A DNA stretch of 64,000 nucleotides. It comes from an uncultured Nitrososphaerota archaeon. Lineage in GTDB: Archaea; Thermoproteota; Nitrososphaeria; Nitrososphaerales; CADDZS01. The first letter of the stretch is position 1. Every line of letters begins with the position of its first letter. Made by a program: the position numbers and the translations under genes. This document shows, piece after piece, positions 1-10,373 of the stretch. The stretch is from the NCBI GenBank assembly GCA_963799845.1, contig CAWCYI010000006.1:320001-384000 (forward strand), in the 5' to 3' direction. The notes beneath the pieces are model-generated. The model was not told the origin of the DNA. It saw only the letters and a program-made list of their open reading frames with translations, and did no database searches.

Positions 1-49
1 TGGAAAACAGATATTAGTATCTAGAGAGATAGAATTCGAGCGAGTCCCA

Positions 50-304
50 ATGGTCAAAAGGCGAAAGCGGGATGCCTACGGAAACTGGGTATGGGAAGAC
101 GATGAAGATATTCAGACGAATAAAGTAAAAGCAAACCGCGAAAAGATGAATTCAGCTCGTGATAGTCAAGAAGAGGGTTTGAGCCTTGATTGGAGAGATT
201 TTGTGGCTCTCTCTATCGCCTCTTTGGAAACGTTTTTGCTTCCAGTTGTCGTGTTTATTCTCGTTTTGCTCGGGATAGTTGTGGGTCTATCCTTTTTCAA
301 ATAA
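50..304 (+). CDS. Small hypothetical membrane protein
   Basis: 84-aa ORF; charged N-terminus, C-terminal hydrophobic helix (FLLPVVVFILVLLGIVVGL). Confidence 0.6.
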   Translation: MVKRRKRDAYGNWVWEDDEDIQTNKVKANREKMNSARDSQEEGLSLDWRDFVALSIASLETFLLPVVVFILVLLGIVVGLSFFK

Positions 305-312
305 CCTGCAAG

Positions 313-1338
313 TTACGCGGCAACCGGTTGCGTCAGTTCAATCTCTCTCTTGGTCTTGAAGTCTATATCGTAGTGGCATTCAATCCAGTGTCCTGGTTCT
401 ATTTCAACTAGTGGCGGGAAATCTTCTTTGCACTTGTTTGTAGCGTAGGGACACCGGGTGCGGAACCTGCAGCCGCTTGGAATGTCGATAGGACTCGGAA
501 CGTCTCCTTCAAGCACCCCCATTTCTTTCCTTTTTTGCGGGTCGGGGTTGGGAACTGACGAAAGTAGCGCTTGTGTATATGGGTGCTTGGGATTCTCATA
601 TATCAACTTCATTGAACCAATTTCGACGATTCTGCCCAAATACATGACAGCGACTCGGTCACACATGTGTCTGATGACTGAAAGATTGTGAGAGATGAAA
701 AGATATGTCAGATTGTAATCACTCTGCAACTTTTTCAGAAGGTTGAGGATCTGAGCCTGAACTGAAACATCCAGAGACGAAGTAGGTTCATCCAAAAGCA
801 GAAACTGCGGATTGACCGCGAGCGCTCTCGCGATGGCAATCCTTTGTCTCTGTCCTCCGCTAAATTCATGTGGGAATCTTGAGAGATGATCCGGGTTCAA
901 CCCGACCGTTTCGATAAGCCTTTCCACGGCGCGGTTTGCTTCGTCTCTAGAATTGATCACGTGGTGAATTCTCATTGGTTCGGTTAGCGTAGAGCGGATG
1001 GACTGCCTCGGATCTAAGGAGGCGTACGGGTCTTGAAAGACCATTTGCATTCTCCGTCGGAAGGGTTTCAGGCTACGTCCCTTCAACTTTGCAAGGTCAG
1101 TATTCTCGAATAAGATCTGGCCCTTTGTCACGTTTGTCAGCCTCATGAGAGTTCGAGCGACCGTTGTCTTTCCCGATCCGGATTCCCCTACTAGTCCCAT
1201 CGTCTCCCCTTTTTTAATTGCCAGAGAGACGCCGTCGACCGCTTTCACGTTTGCAACAGTTTTTCCAAAGAGACCTCCCTTGATCGGAAACCACTTGTAC
1301 ACATTTTCGATTCTTATCAGGTCTTCGCTAGTTTCCAT
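313..1338 (-). CDS. oppF: Oligopeptide/dipeptide ABC transporter ATP-binding subunit (OppF/DppF)
   Basis: Walker A GESGSGKTT, signature FSGGQRQR, LLLDEPT, C-terminal HPYT...GCRFRTRC; likely start METSED at 1338. Confidence 0.93.
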   Translation of the reverse strand: METSEDLIRIENVYKWFPIKGGLFGKTVANVKAVDGVSLAIKKGETMGLVGESGSGKTTVARTLMRLTNVTKGQILFENTDLAKLKGRSLKPFRRRMQMVFQDPYASLDPRQSIRSTLTEPMRIHHVINSRDEANRAVERLIETVGLNPDHLSRFPHEFSGGQRQRIAIARALAVNPQFLLLDEPTSSLDVSVQAQILNLLKKLQSDYNLTYLFISHNLSVIRHMCDRVAVMYLGRIVEIGSMKLIYENPKHPYTQALLSSVPNPDPQKRKEMGVLEGDVPSPIDIPSGCRFRTRCPYATNKCKEDFPPLVEIEPGHWIECHYDIDFKTKREIELTQPVAA

Positions 1339-1349
1339 CAACAAATCCC

Positions 1350-2484
1350 TCAGTACAGCCAACATTCTACAAAATGATTTGGGCGTGCTTCTATTAACAG
1401 AGGCTTTGTCTGGACGCACTTGTCCATTACATACTGGCAGCGCGGATGAAATCGGCATCCAGAGGGAGGAAATATCAGATTAGGAACGCTTCCCTTGATC
1501 GACTCCAGTGCTGAAGAGGCATCAGGTTTCGGAACCGCCGCAAACAAGCCCTTAGTATAAGGGTGCAGTGGATTTTGAAACATTTCAAAAACGTCGGCAA
1601 TTTCCACAATATTACCTGCATACATGACGGCCACGCGGTCACAGGTCTCTGCCACCACTCCAAGATCGTGCGTTATTAGGATAATCGAGGAATCAATCTT
1701 GTCTCTAAGGTCCTTTAGGAGCTTCAAAATCTGGGCCTGGACCGTCACATCCAGCGCCGTAGTTATTTCGTCCGCCAGCAAAACCTTTGGTCTTCTGACA
1801 AGAGCCATCGCGATCATGGCCCTTTGACGCATCCCGCCGGATAATTCAAAAGGATACATCTTGTAGACGCGTTCAGCTTCCGGTAGACGCACTAGCTTTA
1901 GGTATTCTATAGCGAGTAGTTTTGCCAGTCTCTTTCCTTCTCTCTTGCTTATCCTGCCACCGGAGCTTTTCACTGCTTCGAGCTTTTCTTTTTCGTGGTG
2001 GAGCTCGGCGGAACTGCTAGAATCTGATTTAATCTCGGCATCAATTTGATCCAACCTCGACTGGACGAGTTCATCTTGAAACACTTTCAGATTCCCGCTA
2101 AACACTTCGATGATTTGATTTCCGATCGTTATCACGGGATTAAGATAGGTCATGGGATCCTGAAACACGAGCGCAATTTCTGTCAGACGAGCAATCCTGA
2201 TTTCTTTCTTTGACCTTTTGAGTAGGTCGTTACCGTTCAGGATTACCTGACCTCCTAGGACATTCGCGTTCTCAGGAAGTAATCCTGCAATAGCAAGCGC
2301 AGTGACCGATTTGCCGCAACCAGATTCCCCTACCAAGCCGAGGACTTCTCCGCTGTAAACTGTTAGATTAATTCCGTCGAGAGCCTTCACGACTCCCGCG
2401 TAAGTGTTGAACACGACTCGAAGATCTTTTACCTCGAGCGCGGGCTCTCGATGAGCTCAGCTGCGTCTGAGAATCTAGCAAAAT
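1350..2484 (-). CDS. oppD: Oligopeptide ABC transporter ATP-binding subunit (OppD/DppD), N-terminal indel
   Basis: GESGCGKS, LSGGMRQR, ADEITTALD, GCRFHPRC. The frame extends upstream of 2414 (EPALEVKDLRVVF) and needs a 1-nt shift near 2450 to reach a start, so the start is uncertain. Confidence 0.9.
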
Positions 2485-2521
2485 ATTCCCAACGTTTCAC
2501 ATGATGACAATATGACTCGAT

Positions 2522-3484
2522 TCAGCGTCTCAGCCGAGGATCCAAAATGTCCCGTATGCCATCGCCCAACAGATTGAAGCCTAACGCTACTATAACAATA
2601 GTAAGACCTGGGAACACTATGAGCCACGGTGCTATCGAAACAAAGTTTATCCCGTCACTGACTAGTTTCCCAAGTTCCGGGGTCAAAGGACTGGGAGCAA
2701 AACCAAGGAACATTAGTGAGGAAAATACCAGAATTACTCCTCCAATGTCAAGTGTAAGTTGAACCAGCACTGGGTATATTGAGTTGGGTAGAATGTGCAG
2801 AAATAGAACACGGAACCTGCTCGCTCCCGTTGCTCGCAGAGCTTCCGCGTAGGGCTTTTCCTTCTCGGTTAGTATCTGTGATCTAACTAGCCTGACGTAA
2901 AGAGGCCACCAAATTACGAGCACTGCAATGGTGAGCATCGTGAGGTTGCGTCCAAAGACCGTGACGAGTACTATCGCGAGTACAAGTCCCGGAAACGCGA
3001 AAAATATGTCAGTGACGCGGAGGATCGCTTCGTCGAGGATCCCACCAGCATAGGCAGCAACAGAACCCAAAACTATTCCAATTGCGAAGGCCGAAAACAC
3101 AATTGAAAAAGAGATTTGGAGATCTATTGGTAATCCCAGGATTATCATCGTCAGGACATCTCGACCGTACAGATCAGTACCAAGCAGGTGAACCGCAGTG
3201 CCTGGACACGGTGCAATGTTCACTAGATTCCAGTCGATTGCTGGATTATTCCAACATAGTTTCGCGGATAGGTCAGTAAACTTCCAAGCGTTAGGATTGA
3301 CCAAGTGTCCGGAGAAAACCGCCACAAAGATCGATGTGACAGCGATCACAGATCCTATTAGCACAAGCGGATTTTTCCTGGCGAGATGCAGGGCGTATTC
3401 GATTTCGGCTATTCTACCGGATCGCTGCGCCTTCCTTATGCTTTCTTTTAGTTCTTTATCAGATTCGGATATTTCTTCCAACAA
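2522..3484 (-). CDS. oppC: Peptide ABC transporter permease (OppC/DppC)
   Basis: HLLGTDLYGRD, EAA-like loop (YAEALRATGAS), C-terminal FNLLGDGIRDILDPR. Confidence 0.93.
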   Translation of the reverse strand: MLEEISESDKELKESIRKAQRSGRIAEIEYALHLARKNPLVLIGSVIAVTSIFVAVFSGHLVNPNAWKFTDLSAKLCWNNPAIDWNLVNIAPCPGTAVHLLGTDLYGRDVLTMIILGLPIDLQISFSIVFSAFAIGIVLGSVAAYAGGILDEAILRVTDIFFAFPGLVLAIVLVTVFGRNLTMLTIAVLVIWWPLYVRLVRSQILTEKEKPYAEALRATGASRFRVLFLHILPNSIYPVLVQLTLDIGGVILVFSSLMFLGFAPSPLTPELGKLVSDGINFVSIAPWLIVFPGLTIVIVALGFNLLGDGIRDILDPRLRR

Positions 3485-3507
3485 CTTTTATTCTTCTCCC
3501 TCTTATC

Positions 3508-4626
3508 TCAATACCTTATCCTTGGATCCAAGAACGCATACAATACGTCAACTATCAAATTAGATAGTACAATAATCAATGCTGTGACAAGAGTATAGAG
3601 TTCCAAGAAATTAATGTCGACGTACAGCGACGCAGAAAGAGCTGCGACTCCAATGCCAGGCCAAGAAAATACATATTCAACCACAACGACTCCGCCTAGC
3701 AAGGATGCTAGGATAAGTCCGCTTATTGTTAGCGCTGGCAAAAGCGCATTCTTTAGGGCGTGACGGTAAATTACAGTCCTCTCAAGCAAGCCCTTAGATC
3801 GGGCAAGGAGAATGTAATCCTGTCTGAGACATTCCATCATACTTGACCTTACGATTCTCGTAAGCGCCCCGAGAGTCGAAAAGCTGAGGGTAATCGCGGG
3901 TAGAGCTAGCGCCATAAGTGAATCCCAAAAATAGCCTGGATTCCCCGAAATAATAGCATCGAATATAGGTGCTCCGGTAACGGTTTTGACAGTACCCACA
4001 TTCGAAAAGCAGAGTCCACAGGTGGTACTCAAAAGCCCGTTGGAAGGGAGCACCCCGGAATTGTTTACTCGAATATAAAGCACAAAAACAATTTGAAGAA
4101 TGAATGCCAGCCAAAAGACTGGCATGGAATATCCGGTCAGAGCGACGATTCTAGAAACGTGGTCCGGAAGTTTGTTGTTTTTTGTCGCCGAAATTATTCC
4201 CATGGGAAGAGCTATGACGACTGTCAGAATAGCACCTGCAATGGCGAGTTCCGCGGTTGCGGGAAAACGAGAGGAGAAAAGCCCCAACGTCGTCTGTCCC
4301 GATCCAATGTCTGGCAACAAGCTGTATCCCCAGTTTCCTTTTAGGGCGTTCGCAAGCCACGAAAAATATTGCGAATATAGGGGAACCACACAACCATGGG
4401 CCTGCTGACCAAATGCCGTCCAGGACGGGCAGGATCTAGTTGCTACTCCTAGTCCAACGGCCAGCCCAAGTTTCGTCGGATCATTCATTCTCGGTGTAAT
4501 ATAAGCCGCGAGGGCGAAAGTCGGAGGTAGAATCCCCCTCGTGAGGTAGAACACTATAACGCTGACTACTAGAAGGACGAATACCATCAAAATGAGTCTT
4601 CGAATGATGTATTCGTAGAGTTTCAT
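3508..4626 (-). CDS. oppB: Peptide ABC transporter permease (OppB/DppB)
   Basis: YIIRRL start, RFPATAELA, DYILLARSKGL, VFSWPGIG, YAFLDPRIRY. Confidence 0.93.
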   Translation of the reverse strand: MKLYEYIIRRLILMVFVLLVVSVIVFYLTRGILPPTFALAAYITPRMNDPTKLGLAVGLGVATRSCPSWTAFGQQAHGCVVPLYSQYFSWLANALKGNWGYSLLPDIGSGQTTLGLFSSRFPATAELAIAGAILTVVIALPMGIISATKNNKLPDHVSRIVALTGYSMPVFWLAFILQIVFVLYIRVNNSGVLPSNGLLSTTCGLCFSNVGTVKTVTGAPIFDAIISGNPGYFWDSLMALALPAITLSFSTLGALTRIVRSSMMECLRQDYILLARSKGLLERTVIYRHALKNALLPALTISGLILASLLGGVVVVEYVFSWPGIGVAALSASLYVDINFLELYTLVTALIIVLSNLIVDVLYAFLDPRIRY

Positions 4627-4761
4627 GCCATTTCAACATGGAATTGTGCAATAAAAACGTGAGCCTTACATTTCATTCAGTATCCTCTGAATGACCATAA
4701 CAAAAACAGGGGCAGTAGGCATGTGAAACGCATGCCTACCATTTCGCAGGGTTGCTGACTC

Positions 4762-7056
4762 CTAGTATAACGTGTAGAAGTACTCCAGCGCGTCTCCGCC
4801 GGCGTCAGTCGACGAAGCTGTGTTGTAGACGAACCCGTGGACGTTTGATGTCACTACGAGGATATTGAGCGGATAAATTGTCCAGAGGTACATCACACCT
4901 TGGTTCGCGATCTCATTCATAAGTTGGGCTGCTTGAATAACTCCTGTAACATTGTTGGTCGCTGTATCCGTTACCTGTTGTTGATAGAGATTCTCCATTT
5001 CAGTCAAGTTCCAATGATCTGGACCAGGATACGACTGGTAGGGAGCATACATTGCTCCAGTAAAGTCGACGACCCAGTTATAGTCAGCAAACCATCCAAG
5101 AGAATAGACGTAGTATGGGTTCTGAGCGCCGAGAGCGGTTGACACCATAGCTCCGATTGGTACGGGGACGACGGAAACCTGTAGACCCATGTTGTAAGTC
5201 GAGCTTATGTTGTTTATCACCTCGGCAATCTGGGTGAAGACTTGAATGTCAATATCATCCGCGGCCGCTACGTACAGATTGATCGCCGGTGTTGAAATTG
5301 GCTTGCTACAGCTCCCAGAAGCAGGTAGAGGGTTGCAACCGAAGGAGTTGTTGAAGTAGCCGGCCGGAGCTGCAGTTCCATTATAGAAGTTAAAGTTAGT
5401 CAACGGACTCTGCATCGCGCTCAACAACAATTGTGCAGCCGCGTCCGGATTGTAGCTGTATCTCGGAGTTATGGATGAGTTGAATGATCCCTCGGGAGCA
5501 AGTCCAGGTGCGATAACATTCGTCGCAACCTGCCCAAGCTTGTTGTTTACATCAGCGTTGATTTCGGACATGTTCACAGCATCAGAGAATGCCAACCTGA
5601 ACCTGACATCGGCGAACGGTTGGAACACATATGGCTCACCGGTCTGGGGATTAGTTACATTTTGATCAAATATTTCAAATAAAGTACTCAGACCTGACAC
5701 GGGACCGAATAGCGATATTCCAGGAATAGTTGATGACAATACGTCGTTGTTAAGCCAAGCTGTTCTATTTGCAATGTCATAAAGATGGTCACCCGGAAGA
5801 TCAATTGCCATTGCCTGGCCTGACCTCGCAGCGTTCTCCAAGTCTAATTCAGCAGTCTTTGGATCTGGAACATAGTTGATATCAATGGTCTTGATCTGCG
5901 GTGCGATCTTTTGAGGATCTGCTCCACCCCAGTAATTGGAGTTTGCAGTCAGTACGATATTATTCGTCTGCTGGTTTACACTAGTTATTGTGTATGGGCC
6001 AGTTCCAGCAAGTGAACCTCCATATGAGTCGTCCAGATATGTCCGACCGCATCCATTCGGAGTAGCACCAGTATAGCAAGTCGCTATCTCATCATGCAGA
6101 TATTGGTTGATCATGGTGGTCGCATTACCGCTCGGACTAGGATACGGCAAAGTGTACCCATTGCTTGATTGGCTCCAGAGTGCAATGTCTTTCTGCATGA
6201 CGTAATCTGGAGCAATCATGGCAGCCAGAGGATCGTCCGCAAGTATTTGGAATATTGCCGCATTTGGATGCATTATGTGCATCGTGAACGTCATTGGTCC
6301 AGTGATCTGAATAAAGTTCTCATTCAGAACCTGTTGAGCCCAAGCATTCGTGTAACTGTGCGGACCACTCAGGATCCAGGAGAGGGACGTGTTCAAAAGT
6401 TGCTGGAGAATCCAAGCCCCTCCTTGGTGTCCGTTATAGTAAGCAGCGTCGAATATGAGAAATCTGTTGAAGGTAAAGTAGGCAGCGGTTGAATTGAGCT
6501 GTTCACCATCCCCAAAGGTTATTCCACTTCTAAGGGTGAAATTCACTGTCATCCCATTTGCAGACTCGGTAACAGTTTGTGCGAGCCACGGAATCGTAAG
6601 CCCGGAGTTAGTCCCGTTGAAGTACATAAGATTCTCATATACATTCTGGTCATAAGTATAATCGACCGAAAAATAGGACGTAGATGGATCCAGATCTTGA
6701 TATGTTCCACTAACCTCGTATGTAAAAGTAGAAGGAACTGCAGCACTCGAGGTCGACGTCGTCGAGGTAGTTGTTGGAGGAGCTGAAGACGTAGTTGAGG
6801 TAGTTGGAGGAGCTGAAGACGAGCTAGTAGTTGGGGGCACCGATGAGCTTGTTGTAGAAGAAGTCGAAGTCGTCGGAGGCGAAACACTACTCGTAGAAGT
6901 TACTGGAGCAGTACTTGTAGTCGAAGTAGTACTAGCCTTGCCAGACAAGGCAGCGTAACCACCCACTGCTATTATCACAATGATGATTACAACAATCGCA
7001 ATACCGGCCATCCTACTGATAGCGTATCGAAGTTTAGAACCAGGTGTAGAAAGCAT
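4762..7056 (-). CDS. oppA: ABC substrate-binding protein family 5 with N-terminal anchor and Ser/Thr-rich linker
   Basis: Hydrophobic N-terminal helix, long S/T/P linker, LDP/YENL/LRSGITFGDG/GTGPY motifs; first gene of the opp operon. Confidence 0.88.
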   Translation of the reverse strand: MLSTPGSKLRYAISRMAGIAIVVIIIVIIAVGGYAALSGKASTTSTTSTAPVTSTSSVSPPTTSTSSTTSSSVPPTTSSSSAPPTTSTTSSAPPTTTSTTSTSSAAVPSTFTYEVSGTYQDLDPSTSYFSVDYTYDQNVYENLMYFNGTNSGLTIPWLAQTVTESANGMTVNFTLRSGITFGDGEQLNSTAAYFTFNRFLIFDAAYYNGHQGGAWILQQLLNTSLSWILSGPHSYTNAWAQQVLNENFIQITGPMTFTMHIMHPNAAIFQILADDPLAAMIAPDYVMQKDIALWSQSSNGYTLPYPSPSGNATTMINQYLHDEIATCYTGATPNGCGRTYLDDSYGGSLAGTGPYTITSVNQQTNNIVLTANSNYWGGADPQKIAPQIKTIDINYVPDPKTAELDLENAARSGQAMAIDLPGDHLYDIANRTAWLNNDVLSSTIPGISLFGPVSGLSTLFEIFDQNVTNPQTGEPYVFQPFADVRFRLAFSDAVNMSEINADVNNKLGQVATNVIAPGLAPEGSFNSSITPRYSYNPDAAAQLLLSAMQSPLTNFNFYNGTAAPAGYFNNSFGCNPLPASGSCSKPISTPAINLYVAAADDIDIQVFTQIAEVINNISSTYNMGLQVSVVPVPIGAMVSTALGAQNPYYVYSLGWFADYNWVVDFTGAMYAPYQSYPGPDHWNLTEMENLYQQQVTDTATNNVTGVIQAAQLMNEIANQGVMYLWTIYPLNILVVTSNVHGFVYNTASSTDAGGDALEYFYTLY

Positions 7057-7249
7057 GACCGAAAAGGTCTCATCCGAATGTTAAAAGCTTTGTTACCAAA
7101 TCCTCGAATATGCTCACAGAATCCCAGTGCTGCACGCGCTATACTATTGCTGGCCAGATTTTGTAGTCGAATGATTTGCTCTAATTTTCCGCGTTTATTC
7201 GAAACCGAAGAACATTCAAATATTCAGCAAGGCGGGACGGACCGCTAAA

Positions 7250-7411
7250 TTGACCGATACCAAAGAAGCCTCACCAGAAGGTGGAACCAACACAGAACCT
7301 TGTCCTTATTGCAAAGGAAAGTTTCCAAAGGATCTCCCCTTGGTAAACGGAGAGACCCAGCTTCAGAGACATATCAAGGTCTTCCACAGGCAGTTCGCAA
7401 GTGAGTTTTGA
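7250..7411 (+). CDS. Small C2H2 zinc-finger protein (53 aa, below ORF-track cutoff)
   Basis: TTG start; MTDTKEASPEGGTNTEPCPYCKGKFPKDLPLVNGETQLQRHIKVFHRQFASEF with CPYC...LQRHIKVFH. Confidence 0.7.
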   Translation: MTDTKEASPEGGTNTEPCPYCKGKFPKDLPLVNGETQLQRHIKVFHRQFASEF

Positions 7412-7427
7412 AAATGGCTAGAGTCGG

Positions 7428-7916
7428 TCAAAGAGATTTGGATAAACTTTGAAGTTCTTTCTGTAATTCTTTGTGCTTTCTTTCCACTCGTTTGGTTTCA
7501 TAGGTCACTGTGGAGAGCAATCTGGCAATCGATGAATAGTCTTTACTTACCCTTTCTACGTGGAAAATTAGGGCGCTACATTTGAAACCCTCCACGGAAG
7601 AATTCATGATCGACTTTAGCAACTTTATTCGTCCCTTGACATAATACATACCGGAGTTCTTTCCTCCCCAGAAAACTATGGTTCCCTGCCTTGTCCTCAA
7701 CAGATTTTTCTTTGAGGAAGAGTTTGCGCCAACAGCAAACAGCATCATCTTCGGAGATTTCACCTCTAACTCTGAAAAACTCAACAAAGCGATGTTGGGG
7801 AAACCCTCATCATCAACTGAGATCAGAAAAACGACTTCTTTCGATTCACGACTGGATTCCAATCGGATTTTTCCGATCAAGGCAGTTGTGAGATCAGGCC
7901 CGAGCTGAATCGCCAA
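7428..7916 (-). CDS. Pyridoxamine 5'-phosphate oxidase-like (FMN split barrel) protein
   Basis: LISVDDEGFPNIALLS and SSKKNL motifs typical of the family. Confidence 0.65.
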   Translation of the reverse strand: MAIQLGPDLTTALIGKIRLESSRESKEVVFLISVDDEGFPNIALLSFSELEVKSPKMMLFAVGANSSSKKNLLRTRQGTIVFWGGKNSGMYYVKGRIKLLKSIMNSSVEGFKCSALIFHVERVSKDYSSIARLLSTVTYETKRVERKHKELQKELQSLSKSL

Positions 7917-7963
7917 TTGGAAAAAGATATCCCTGCTTACCGAGCTGTTAAGCTTCTACGAAG

Positions 7964-10339
7964 TCAAAGTATCAATTCTTTTCTTTGAACGCTTGCTAGA
8001 CTCCAGACGTAATCTAGGGAAAAGGGCATCTTTTCCACTTTGACTCCGTTTACAGACAACGCGTCTCGCACAGCATTCGCAAGAACTGGAGTACCCGCGA
8101 TCGTGCCCGCTTCACCGATGCCCTTGATCCCAAGTGGATTAGCATATGTTGGAGTCTCGGTACGGAAGCTGTGAATATTTGGCAGATCTTCCGCCAGGGG
8201 AATCTGATAATCCAAGAAGCTTGAACTAAGAAGCTGTCCGTTTTCGTCGTATCGTACCTCCTCGAGCAAAGCCTGCCCCAGACCCTGCGCAATTCCCCCG
8301 TGTATTTGACCCTCGACGATCATAGGGTTAATCACTTTGCCGCAGTCATCGACTGAAGTGTAATCAAGTATCTTCAACCTGCCTGTTTCCGGATCAATTT
8401 CCACAACTGCGATGTGAGTTCCAAATGGATAGGTGAAATTTGAGGGTGCGAAGCTGCTGAATGCAAATAGAACAGACTCCATCCCCTTCGGAAGTTTGGT
8501 TGGCTGGTAAGCTCGTCCGGCTATTTTCTCAAAAGAAACTTTCTTCTTAGGATCGTCTGCTTCCCTCGAACGAGATAGAATCTCGCTATCTTGGAAGAAC
8601 AAGTCCTCTTCTGGGACTTCCAAAACCATTGATGCTATCTCTGTCATTTTAGCTTTGATTTTCTCAACCGACATCAGAACGGCAGATCCACCAAGTGCAG
8701 CGGATCTGCTCCCGGCAGTAAAAGTTCCCCAAGGAAGCATCATCGTATCACCATAGACAACGACTATGTCGTCCACTGGGATTCCCAGTTTCTCAGCTAC
8801 AATTTGCGAAAGTGGTGTTTCATGACCTTGACCATGCGGAGAGTTTCCTGTAATTACAGTAACTTTACCTGTCTGGCTTACCGAGACCGCTCCAGTTTGA
8901 GGAAAGTCCGGTCCAAAAGCACATATCTCAACATAAGTGGTTAAACCTATTCCTATCAATCTGCCCGCTGCTCGTCCTCTCTCCTGTTCCTTCCTCCATT
9001 TCTCGTAGTGTGAGAGTTCTAGGGCTCTTTTCAGATTCATTGAATAGTCTCCGGTGTCGTATTCGAGTCCGCCGGCAGTCTTGAACGGAAAGTCTTCCCT
9101 AGGAACAAAATTTCGTAGTCGGACTTCTGCCGGATCTAGTCCAAGTTCCCTAGAAAGTTCGTCCATAGATCTTTCGATGAGATAAGTTGCTTCAGGTCGG
9201 GAAGCGCCTCGATATGCGTCGTGTGGAACTTTGTTGGTGAGGGCGATATAGGCTTCGCCCTTGTATGCAGGGATCAGGTATTGGCCTGGACTCATCCTGA
9301 GCGTGAACGTAGCGTCCGATGAACCTCCAGTCAAGTAAGCACCGGCGTCTCCAATCAGCTTGACCCTCAAACCCAGAATCCTGCCCTTTTCGGTTGTGGC
9401 AAGTTCGACATGCTGCACTTGACCTCTACCATGGGTCATCGAAAGGAAGTTCTCCGATCTAGTCTCAATCCACTTCACCGGTTTCCCAGTAGCTATCGAA
9501 GCAAGACAAACAAGAACATCCTCAGGGTAAAGTGAGATTTTTGCTCCAAATCCCCCACCGACATCTGGCGTATACACTCTTACCTTATTTTCAGGAATGT
9601 GAAGAAAACCTGCCAGATCAGATCTACTTTGAAAAGGTCCTTGATGCGATATCCAGACATTAAGCATCTGAGTACCAACGTCAAAGAAGGCAATTGAAGC
9701 TCTAGGTTCTAGCGGGGCGGGAGAGACGCGTTGATTGAGAAGATCCACTCTTACGATCTTATGAGCTCTCTCGAAAGCTGCGTCAATATCACCAAAGGAG
9801 ACAGTATCGACAAGAACCAGATTGCTCTTGAGGCCCGAATGTGACTTCGGGCTTTCGTCCTTTATGGCAAACTCTGGGTCTACTACAGTAGGTAGCGGCT
9901 CGTATTCAACCCTGACGAGATCTAGAGCATCTTCAGCTTGATATCTGCTGTCTGCAACTACAAATGCTACCGGTTCCCCAACGAAACAAACCTCATCATT
10001 AGCTAGGACTGGACGATTAATCTTAGTACCGTCACTCGCATCCATTACAGGGAGAAGAGAACTTTCTTTGGGAAGATTCTTGAAAGTGAAGACGTGCCTA
10101 ACGCCTGGAGAGTTCTCAGCGGCTAAAGTATCTATGCTCTTGATCTTGGCGTGACCGTAAACACTTCTCAGTACCGCCCCAAACAGGAGATTTGGGAACT
10201 TTATGTCATCAACGTACCGCGTTCGACCTGAAATTATACGCGGATCTTCCTTGCGCTTGAGTGAGAGTCCAATAACCTGGACTGTCTCTTCCTCGACTTT
10301 CGCTTCAGTCGGTCTTGTTGTGAGAACTTGGGTGGACAC
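7964..10339 (-). CDS. Xanthine dehydrogenase-family molybdopterin large subunit (form II CoxL/CutA-like)
   Basis: RKEDPR..G..RYVDD, VGGGFGAK, active-site loop AYRGASR, HGQGHET, GQIHGG, KGIGEAG. Confidence 0.9.
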   Translation of the reverse strand: MSTQVLTTRPTEAKVEEETVQVIGLSLKRKEDPRIISGRTRYVDDIKFPNLLFGAVLRSVYGHAKIKSIDTLAAENSPGVRHVFTFKNLPKESSLLPVMDASDGTKINRPVLANDEVCFVGEPVAFVVADSRYQAEDALDLVRVEYEPLPTVVDPEFAIKDESPKSHSGLKSNLVLVDTVSFGDIDAAFERAHKIVRVDLLNQRVSPAPLEPRASIAFFDVGTQMLNVWISHQGPFQSRSDLAGFLHIPENKVRVYTPDVGGGFGAKISLYPEDVLVCLASIATGKPVKWIETRSENFLSMTHGRGQVQHVELATTEKGRILGLRVKLIGDAGAYLTGGSSDATFTLRMSPGQYLIPAYKGEAYIALTNKVPHDAYRGASRPEATYLIERSMDELSRELGLDPAEVRLRNFVPREDFPFKTAGGLEYDTGDYSMNLKRALELSHYEKWRKEQERGRAAGRLIGIGLTTYVEICAFGPDFPQTGAVSVSQTGKVTVITGNSPHGQGHETPLSQIVAEKLGIPVDDIVVVYGDTMMLPWGTFTAGSRSAALGGSAVLMSVEKIKAKMTEIASMVLEVPEEDLFFQDSEILSRSREADDPKKKVSFEKIAGRAYQPTKLPKGMESVLFAFSSFAPSNFTYPFGTHIAVVEIDPETGRLKILDYTSVDDCGKVINPMIVEGQIHGGIAQGLGQALLEEVRYDENGQLLSSSFLDYQIPLAEDLPNIHSFRTETPTYANPLGIKGIGEAGTIAGTPVLANAVRDALSVNGVKVEKMPFSLDYVWSLASVQRKELIL

Positions 10340-10373
10340 GTCGGGAGTGTGAATTCTGAACGGAATTTATCAT

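Noticed and set aside
7964-10339. True (form I) aerobic CO dehydrogenase
   Set aside because: Lacks the AYxCSFR Cu-binding loop and the cox accessory genes.
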